A DNA stretch of 64,000 nucleotides from an uncultured Coriobacteriaceae bacterium (GTDB taxonomy: Bacteria; Actinomycetota; Coriobacteriia; Anaerosomatales; SLCP01), in assembly GCA_964349355.1 (NCBI GenBank), contig CAYGFZ010000001.1, positions 12,441-76,440 on the forward strand, written 5' to 3'. Below are positions 57,690-64,000 of the stretch, one piece after another. The stretch's first letter is position 1. Every line of letters starts with the position of its first letter. The position numbers and the translations under genes are program-made. The notes under the pieces were generated by a model. The model saw only the letters and a program-made list of their open reading frames with translations, had not been told where the DNA came from and did no database searches.

Positions 57690-58643
57690 CTACCCCTTCT
57701 CGTACGGCTTCCCGATTGCAGCTGGTGCGACAGCACGTCCCACGACGGACGCCAGCACAACCACTGTGAGCACATACGGCAACATCAGGAAGAACTGTGA
57801 CGGGATGCGGATCACATCACGGAAGAGCTGCAGTTTGATCTGGAGCGCATCGGCGAAACCGAAGAGCAGCGAGGCGCCGTAGCTTCCACCCGGCGTCCAG
57901 CGGCCGAAGATGTTCGCCGCAAGAGCGATGAACCCACGCCCGTTGGTCATCCCCTCGGTGAAGGAACCGACCTGCTCCAGCGTGAGGTTAGCCCCGGCGA
58001 GCCCGGCGAGCGCCCCGCTCGTGATCACCGCAGAGTAGCGTCCGCGGACCACGCTGATCCCGACGGTGTCTGCCGCTCGTGGATGTTCACCGAGGGACCG
58101 AAGTCGAAGACCCCACCGGGTGTTGTAGAGCGCCCAGTGTCCGCCGATGGCGATGATGATAGCCATGTAGACGATCGGCGTGTAACTGAACACGATTGCA
58201 TCGAACCAGCGCCAGATCGCACCGAAGACCCCCTCGGTAGGACCGGTGATCGAGAATACCGGCTGCAGCCTGGAGACCGGATCGGTCGTTCCGGGATGGC
58301 CGAAGATGACCTCCATCAGGAAGCCCGTCAGGCCGAGAGCCAGAATGTTGATGGCGGTACCAGACACCACCTGGTCAGTGCGGAGAGTGATTGACGCAAA
58401 GGCGTGAATGAGCGCGAGCGACATTCCTGCGACCACAGCGGTGATCAGACCGATCCAGGCGCTGCCTGTGAACATGGCCCCGATCACACCCATGAATGCG
58501 CCGAAGAGCATCATTCCCTCGAGTGCGATGTTGACGATTCCCGAGCGTTCGCAGATCGTGCCACCGATCGCTGCGAGTGCGAGCGGGGTGGCCATTCGTA
58601 TCGCCGAGGCGAACAGGTCTGGCGTGAAGATATCAGCCAGCAT
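57690..58643 (-). CDS. ABC transporter permease (BMP/nucleoside-type, YufQ/NupQ-like)
   Basis: 317 aa, multi-TM. Gene order SBP-ATPase-permease-permease. Confidence 0.9.
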   Translation of the reverse strand: MLADIFTPDLFASAIRMATPLALAAIGGTICERSGIVNIALEGMMLFGAFMGVIGAMFTGSAWIGLITAVVAGMSLALIHAFASITLRTDQVVSGTAINILALGLTGFLMEVIFGHPGTTDPVSRLQPVFSITGPTEGVFGAIWRWFDAIVFSYTPIVYMAIIIAIGGHWALYNTRWGLRLRSLGEHPRAADTVGISVVRGRYSAVITSGALAGLAGANLTLEQVGSFTEGMTNGRGFIALAANIFGRWTPGGSYGASLLFGFADALQIKLQLFRDVIRIPSQFFLMLPYVLTVVVLASVVGRAVAPAAIGKPYEKG

Positions 58644-59733
58644 GTTCCACCCCCTGACGGTCGGTCTTGCCTATGACCCAGCGCGCAAGCTGCTCGGCCG
58701 CCACCAGGAAGATGATCAGTGCCTGGATGATGAAGATGACCTTGGTCGGAACCTCGGCTTCGAGTTGCATGGTCCCAGCACCTGCCGACAGAGCCCCGAA
58801 GAGGATCGCCGCAGCAATGACGCCGATCGGGTTGTTCTTCGCCAGAAGCGCGACTGCGATGCCCGTGAACCCGAAACCAGCCGAGAACTGGTCGAAGAGC
58901 CGACCGTGTACACCCATCACCTCGGTAACGCCGGCGAGTCCCGCCAACGCTCCCGAGATGCAGAGCGCCTTGATAGTGGTAGCCGGTACAGAGATCCCGC
59001 CCGTCTCGGATGCCCACGGGTTGAACCCTACGGCCCGAGACTCATAACCCAGCGACGTGTACTTGAGGACCCACCAGATGAAGAAGGCGAGAATGATGGC
59101 GATGACGAACCCGAAGTGTGCCCGGGACGGCACGAGGAACGGTAGCACTTCGTGCATCCTCGGGAGGGTGGATTCGACCGGAAGTGCCGCAGTCTGCGGA
59201 ATCTGGCCGTCGGCACGCAGCGGACCGGTCACAAGCCACGAGACCAGGTAACGGCCGATAAACGTGAACATCATCGTGGTGATGACCTCGTGTGCTCCGA
59301 CCTTGGCCTTGAGAAGCGCCGGGATGAACGCCCATGCCGCTCCGACCGCCGCTCCCGCAACCACCATGAGGATGATATTGAGCGGGCGAGGCATCCCCGC
59401 AAGCGCGATGCCGAGAAACGCCGCTGACAGACCGCCCATGAACAGCTGGCCTTCTGCACCGATGTTGAAGAGCCCGGCACGAAAGCCGTACGCGACCGCC
59501 AGCCCGGTGAACATCAAGGGCGTGGATCTGAGCATGGTCTCACCGATCTGGCGACCACCACCGAACGATCCCTTGAGCATCGCCGCAAACGCCGCAACCG
59601 GATCGAACCCCGCGACCAGCATGATGATGGAACTGATGACGATGGCGATCACTACCGAGACCACCGGTACCGCTAGCTCTCGCAAGGTCGCGGCCAACAG
59701 TGCTGCTGACGACTTACGCGTCGACTCCGCCAT
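58633..59733 (-). CDS. ABC transporter permease (BMP/nucleoside-type, YufP/NupP-like)
   Basis: 366 aa, multi-TM. Overlaps neighbouring genes on both sides. Confidence 0.9.
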   Translation of the reverse strand: MAESTRKSSAALLAATLRELAVPVVSVVIAIVISSIIMLVAGFDPVAAFAAMLKGSFGGGRQIGETMLRSTPLMFTGLAVAYGFRAGLFNIGAEGQLFMGGLSAAFLGIALAGMPRPLNIILMVVAGAAVGAAWAFIPALLKAKVGAHEVITTMMFTFIGRYLVSWLVTGPLRADGQIPQTAALPVESTLPRMHEVLPFLVPSRAHFGFVIAIILAFFIWWVLKYTSLGYESRAVGFNPWASETGGISVPATTIKALCISGALAGLAGVTEVMGVHGRLFDQFSAGFGFTGIAVALLAKNNPIGVIAAAILFGALSAGAGTMQLEAEVPTKVIFIIQALIIFLVAAEQLARWVIGKTDRQGVEHAG

Positions 59734-61282
59734 CGCTCACCCCCACCTCCTCGACGCCTGCAGTCAGCTTGTCGCCGCCCGCTCCGGTCATGTAGTAGCC
59801 AAGGTCTTCGTCACTTGCCTCGCCCGCTGCGAACTCCCTGACTATCCTGCCCTCGAAGATGACCAGGATCCGGTCAGCGAGCGACTGGACCTCCTCGAGT
59901 TCGAGACTGATGAGCAGGACCGCCTTGCCCCGGTCGCGCTCCGCAAGTATCTGATTGTGGACGAACTCGATCGCACCGACATCAAGCCCTCGGGTAGGCT
60001 GTGCGGCAACCAGGAGGTCGGGATCGCGTCCCAATTCGCGGGCGAGCACGAGTTTTTGCTGGTTGCCCCCAGAAAGCGCGGACGCCTTCACCTTCTCAGA
60101 CGGCGTCCTGACGTCGTAGTCCTTGATCCTTTTTCGGGTCACCTCGGTGATCGCCTCGAAGTTCAAGACCCCGTGCCTGGCGAACGGCATCTGGCGATGG
60201 TCACCGAGAATCGTGTTCTCCATGAGGTCGAACTCGAGCACCAGTCCCCGGCGGTGTCGGTCCTCAGGGACGTGAGAGAGACCGGCCTCGATCGTCTCGC
60301 GCGCCGCTGCGTGGGTGATGTCTTCACCTTTGAGGCGCATCGAGCCGCTCTTGACCTTGCGAAGCCCTGTGAGAGCCTCGACAAGCTCGGCCTGACCGTT
60401 GCCACTCACTCCCGCAAGCGCAACGACCTCTCCCGCACAGACCGAGAGGTTCACTCCGCGGACTGCAGGAAGCTTCCGTTCGTCCAAGACGTGCAGATCT
60501 TCTATCTCCAGGATGGTATCGCCGCACTGTGAGGGCTTCTTCTCGACCCTAAAGACCACCTCTCGGCCGACCATCATGCGCGCAAGTCCGGCTGTGTCGG
60601 TATCCGAGGTCTTCGTCTCCCCCACGATCCGCCCGTCTCGCATCACGACCACACGGTCCGAGACCGACATGACCTCTTCGAGCTTGTGAGTGATGAAGAC
60701 GACCGAAAGACCCTCGGAGACCAGCGAGCGCACCACCGAGAACAGCTCACGCACCTCCTGTGGCGTCAAGACCGCCGTCGGCTCGTCAAGGATCAGGACG
60801 CGAGCTCCCCGGTAGAGCGCCTTGAGTATCTCCACGCGCTGCTGCGTTCCGACGGGAAGATCACGGACCACCGCGTCGGGGTCGACAGCGAGGCCGTAAC
60901 GGAGGGAGATCTCGCGCACTGCCTCGCGTGCAGTGCGAAAATCGATCACACCGCCACGTGCGGGCTCGTTTCCGAGCACGATGTTCTCGGTCACCGTGAG
61001 CGGAGGAACGAGCATGAAGTGCTGGTGGACCATGCCGATACCGAGATCGATCGCGTGGCGCGGAGACCGGATCTGCGTCACCTCACCGTCGACGAGGATC
61101 TCGCCCTCGTCAGCATCGAGAAGTCCGTACACGACGTTCATGAGCGTGCTCTTGCCGGCACCGTTCTCGCCGAGGAGCGCCACGATCTCGCCCGCGTTTA
61201 GCGAGAGTGAGACCCGGTCGTTGGCGAGCACTCCCGGGAATCGCTTCGTCACCTCACGTAACTCGATGAGCGGGGTCGCCAT
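59714..61282 (-). CDS. ABC transporter ATP-binding protein, duplicated ATPase (YufO/NupO-like)
   Basis: Two ABC halves: GENGAGKST / LSGGNQQK / LLVAAQPTRGLD and the first-half equivalents. The ATG at 61282 has a GAGGGAGAGAG SD; the track ORF is over-extended. Confidence 0.95.
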   Translation of the reverse strand: MATPLIELREVTKRFPGVLANDRVSLSLNAGEIVALLGENGAGKSTLMNVVYGLLDADEGEILVDGEVTQIRSPRHAIDLGIGMVHQHFMLVPPLTVTENIVLGNEPARGGVIDFRTAREAVREISLRYGLAVDPDAVVRDLPVGTQQRVEILKALYRGARVLILDEPTAVLTPQEVRELFSVVRSLVSEGLSVVFITHKLEEVMSVSDRVVVMRDGRIVGETKTSDTDTAGLARMMVGREVVFRVEKKPSQCGDTILEIEDLHVLDERKLPAVRGVNLSVCAGEVVALAGVSGNGQAELVEALTGLRKVKSGSMRLKGEDITHAAARETIEAGLSHVPEDRHRRGLVLEFDLMENTILGDHRQMPFARHGVLNFEAITEVTRKRIKDYDVRTPSEKVKASALSGGNQQKLVLARELGRDPDLLVAAQPTRGLDVGAIEFVHNQILAERDRGKAVLLISLELEEVQSLADRILVIFEGRIVREFAAGEASDEDLGYYMTGAGGDKLTAGVEEVGVSDGGVDA

Positions 61283-61331
61283 ACTCTCTCCCTCACGCTG
61301 ACCTGACGGACGTCGACACCATCGTATCGCA

Positions 61332-61372
61332 CCAGGGAGGGCGACCGGTGCGTTACCGGCCGCCCTCCCTGG
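61332..61372 (-). other. intercistronic stem-loop between the SBP and ATPase genes
   Basis: CCAGGGAGGGCG-a-CCGGT-gcgtt-ACCGG-c-CGCCCTCCCTGG: 12 bp + 5 bp with one mismatch, 39 nt after the SBP stop. Confidence 0.5.
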
Positions 61373-61410
61373 CTCCAACTTACGCGGATCCGATCATCTC
61401 GCGCGAGCTC

Positions 61411-62496
61411 CTACATCTCGTCGCGGGACGCCGGCACCGTCACTGCACCGCTGATGACGTCTTGGCGTGCAGCCTCAACGGCGTCACGGATGTCCTGGGA
61501 AACCGCGTCCTCGAAATCGTGGAACGGAGCGATATCCACACCGCCCTCCGCGATTCCGAACGAGCGGTTCTCTCCGCCGACGAACGTTCCGTCGACGACC
61601 GCCTTGACCGTGTCGAACACTGCAGTCTCAAGGCTCTTCATGGCTGACGTCAGCATGACGTCACCCGAGCCGGGAACCGACTCGTACTGGTCGACATCGA
61701 CGCCGATAAAGAGCGCGCCGCGCTCCTGGCACGCGGTGATCGACCCGAGACCGGTCAAGCCGGCCGCGGCAAAGACCACGTCTGCACCCTGGTCGATTGC
61801 GGAGAGTGCGAGTTCCTTGCCCTTGGCCTGGTCGTCGAAGCTACCGGAGTACAGGTTCAGGATCTCGACATCCGGATTGACCGAACGTGCACCTGCGATG
61901 AAGCCGACCTCGAACCGCTCGACCGGCGGGATATCCATGCCGCCGATGAACGCGATCACGTTGTCGTCGTTGATGCGGTCGTCCAGATTGCCGTCGAGGG
62001 TCGCAAGACCGGCTACGACACCGGCCAGATAGGCCGACTCGTGCTCCTTGAAGAGCAGTCCGACGACGTTGTCGACCGGCTCCTCGAAGAACTGATCGAT
62101 TCCGCCGAACGCCACGTCTGGGTACTCCGGCGCCTTGGCGATCGTGGTGTCGGTCATAAGGAAGCCGACGGTAAAGATGACATCGAAGCCGGCGGTAGCC
62201 AACTGGTCGATGTTGGGCTCGTAGTCCGCGATCTCATTGGACTCCAGCGCCCTTACCTCGACACCGAGCTCCCGCTCTGCTCGCAGGAGACCCTCATACG
62301 TACCGTCGTTGAACGTCTTGTCACCAAGACCCCCGACATCGGTGACCATAGCGGCTTTGACATCCGTGACGGGAGCTTCACCCGTGTCCGGATCCTCGAC
62401 GGGCTCTTCCTCACCGTTACCACACCCGACCGCGAAAACGGCCACGAGAGCAACGACGAGGAGCAACGCTAGGACTTTCCTATACTTAGAGTCCAC
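61411..62496 (-). CDS. BMP-family (PnrA/Med-like) ABC substrate-binding lipoprotein
   Basis: The GTG at 62496 has GGGAGGGAG upstream. Lipobox FAVGCG. Motifs VTDVGGLGDKTFND and FIGGMD are typical of basic-membrane-protein nucleoside binders. The track ORF is over-extended. Confidence 0.9.
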   Translation of the reverse strand: MDSKYRKVLALLLVVALVAVFAVGCGNGEEEPVEDPDTGEAPVTDVKAAMVTDVGGLGDKTFNDGTYEGLLRAERELGVEVRALESNEIADYEPNIDQLATAGFDVIFTVGFLMTDTTIAKAPEYPDVAFGGIDQFFEEPVDNVVGLLFKEHESAYLAGVVAGLATLDGNLDDRINDDNVIAFIGGMDIPPVERFEVGFIAGARSVNPDVEILNLYSGSFDDQAKGKELALSAIDQGADVVFAAAGLTGLGSITACQERGALFIGVDVDQYESVPGSGDVMLTSAMKSLETAVFDTVKAVVDGTFVGGENRSFGIAEGGVDIAPFHDFEDAVSQDIRDAVEAARQDVISGAVTVPASRDEM

Positions 62497-62623
62497 GCAA
62501 ATCTCCCTCCCTATACGGAACCAGCCTACAACTATCCATTCTATACCTTTAACCTCTACACCATGAAGAGATTCTCCCCTTTCATGACGAATACCAGACC
62601 AGGCGAAGCGCAAGGGATGTCTT

Positions 62624-63544
62624 CTAGCGCATCCGGGCACGCGGGTGGGTGGAGAGATACTCCTCCTTTAGATGAGACAGCTCCACGTGCGTGTAGATCT
62701 GTGTCGTTGAGATGTCCGCATGCCCCAACATCTCCTGCAGCGAACGCAGGTCCGCCCCACCCTCGAGGAGGTGGGTCGCGAAAGAGTGTCTGAGCGTATG
62801 GGGGTGCACCTCAAGTCCCACTCGGCCACCGTACCTGCGCACCATCTCGAAGACAGCCTGCCGAGAGAGACGGCCGCCGCGCACGTTCACGAAGACCGCC
62901 GAGGAGTCGGCTGCACGCATGCTCTTCTTGCTACGCAGGTAGGGACGCCCGTGCACGAGATACTCCGCAAGCACCCGTGCCGCTTCCCCTGCAAGCGGCA
63001 CCACGCGCTCCTTGTCGCCCTTACCCGTCACACGTAGGACGCCCTCTGCCGGTGAGAGATCCGTGTGGTCCAGGCCGATCAGTTCGCTCACTCTGAGCCC
63101 GCACCCGTACAGCGTCTCGAGGATCGCGCGATCGCGGTAGCCTGTCGGTCCTTCCGGGAACGGCTGGGAGAGCAGCCGCTCGATGTCGTCGATACTGACA
63201 ACGTCCGGCAGTCTCCTGGGACTCTTCGGTAACGGGATCCGGCTCGCGGGATGCTCGGCGGAGAACCCTTCCCTAACGCAGAAACGGTGGAAGCTTTTCA
63301 CGGCCGCGACGGCCCGCTCGACACTCGCGGGCGCCAGCCCGCGCTTCTGTAGGGCGCCGACGAACGCGATCACGTCTTCGGTACTGGCTCCGGCGGGGTC
63401 AGCTACTCCCCTCTCGCCGAGGACGGCCTGATAGGCTCGCAGATCGCGACGATAGGCGGAGAGCGTGTGCCGCGATGCCCCTCGCTCGACGGCGAGATGC
63501 GACAGAAACTCCTCGATAGACGGGTGCAGTGGATGCTCTTCCAT
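62624..63544 (-). CDS. xerD: site-specific tyrosine recombinase XerD
   Basis: FLSHLAVERGASRHTLSAYRRDL N-terminus. Catalytic R...HTLRHSFATHLLEGGADLRSLQEMLGH...TTQIYTH. GRLSRQ is XerD-like. Confidence 0.8.
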   Translation of the reverse strand: MEEHPLHPSIEEFLSHLAVERGASRHTLSAYRRDLRAYQAVLGERGVADPAGASTEDVIAFVGALQKRGLAPASVERAVAAVKSFHRFCVREGFSAEHPASRIPLPKSPRRLPDVVSIDDIERLLSQPFPEGPTGYRDRAILETLYGCGLRVSELIGLDHTDLSPAEGVLRVTGKGDKERVVPLAGEAARVLAEYLVHGRPYLRSKKSMRAADSSAVFVNVRGGRLSRQAVFEMVRRYGGRVGLEVHPHTLRHSFATHLLEGGADLRSLQEMLGHADISTTQIYTHVELSHLKEEYLSTHPRARMR

Positions 63545-63625
63545 ACACCGGATGATACACCCGCAACGCACTGACGGCCGCCTTATTGGGGGCCGTCGTG
63601 TACCTTTAGGCGGGGCTATCGGAAC

Positions 63626-64000
63626 CTAGCGCTTCGGTATCGCCCCCTCGATCTCGCCGAGGGCGATCCGGGCGCACACCTCCCCGGCAGCGTAGGCCGC
63701 CGAGAAGAACGCGGGGTCCTCGGCCTCGGAGCGCCCCATCGTCGTGACGGAGACACATCTCAGATCCGGTCCCGGATCGTGTCCTGCACGTGCGGTCACT
63801 CGCGTGTGACGCTTCCACACCCCTGCCTCCTCGAGCCGCTCCTCCACGATGTCGGCGTACTCTTCGGGCAGATGCGCGACTGGTACATATGCCGATGCCA
63901 GCGCGATACGGGTGAGCGCGGCGATGGTGTGGTGGCTCACGCCATGATGGCGCGCACGCCGATCAGCGAACGAGAGCCTGAGCGCAGCGACGGGCACACC
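63626..64000 (-). CDS. conserved hypothetical protein, C-terminal part (possibly DUF3866 family); gene continues beyond the window end
   Basis: An open frame to the window edge; HHGVSHHTIAALTRIAL motif. The family assignment is from memory only and is weak. Confidence 0.5.
   Translation of the reverse strand, partial: GVPVAALRLSFADRRARHHGVSHHTIAALTRIALASAYVPVAHLPEEYADIVEERLEEAGVWKRHTRVTARAGHDPGPDLRCVSVTTMGRSEAEDPAFFSAAYAAGEVCARIALGEIEGAIPKR

Noticed and set aside
62497-62623. Possible purine, ZTP or other nucleoside-related riboswitch upstream of the BMP transporter.
   Set aside because: I could not find the conserved cores of purine or ZTP riboswitches. There is only a short CATGAA/TTCATG dyad and a TAGAAT -10-like box, so it is more likely an ordinary promoter/operator. 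A cmsearch against Rfam would settle it.
62624-63544. Tyrosine recombinase as a marker of an integrated mobile element or prophage boundary.
   Set aside because: The sequence has XerD-type hallmarks (N-terminal SAYRRDL core-binding motif, GRLSRQ, C-terminal LGH..TTQIYTH). The flanking genes are housekeeping, and I saw no tRNA, att-like direct repeats or phage genes.

Overview
GC-rich bacterial chromosomal window (hand-counted GC3 about 85% in rpoZ). It is transcribed almost entirely on the minus strand; I support only four plus-strand genes. All product calls come from reading motifs by eye, with no database search.

Gene content and order look like a core Actinomycetota-type chromosome. The taxon is inference only; the Bacillus-type pyr operon with pyrK/pyrD hints at an anaerobic or deep-branching lineage. 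From high to low coordinates:
- a partial conserved gene, xerD, and a BMP-family (nucleoside-type) ABC transporter
- a divergent plus-strand small-ORF/DUF4349 operon
- the full dcw cluster: mraZ-rsmH-ftsL-ftsI-murE-murF-mraY-murD-ftsW-murG-murC-murB-ftsQ-ftsZ
- a plus-strand PLDc_N mini-protein gene, then pgeF
- a decayed pst locus (truncated pstS abutting a pstB 3' fragment) with intact phoU
- yggS-sepF-proC-yggT-divIVA-DUF167
- T-box-controlled ileS, then traR/dksA-like-lspA-rluD
- a three-gene PAS/GAF kinase/receiver cluster
- a PyrR-attenuated pyrimidine operon: pyrR-pyrB-pyrC-carA-carB-pyrK-pyrD-[unknown 460-aa membrane-anchored propeller-like gene]-pyrF-pyrE
- mihF-gmk-rpoZ
- thiI translationally coupled to a DUF3524/QTMAN-like glycosyltransferase
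- a RES/Xre toxin-antitoxin pair
- a TetR-MMPL-heptad-repeat protein-PLDc_N operon

I saw no rRNA, tRNA, CRISPR array, transposase or prophage.

Many long ORFs in the supplied track are antisense or out-of-frame shadows typical of high-GC DNA. Several real genes are over-extended at the 5' end in the track; I re-set those starts using Shine-Dalgarno sequences and stop/start coupling.

Most worth a second look:
- the thiI-coupled QTMAN-like glycosyltransferase
- the pst deletion scar inside the division cluster
- the orphan propeller-like gene inside the pyr operon
- the small-protein loci around 55.9-57.7 kb
- the MMPL/heptad-repeat/PLDc_N operon

I found no clear-cut, wholly new multi-gene system.
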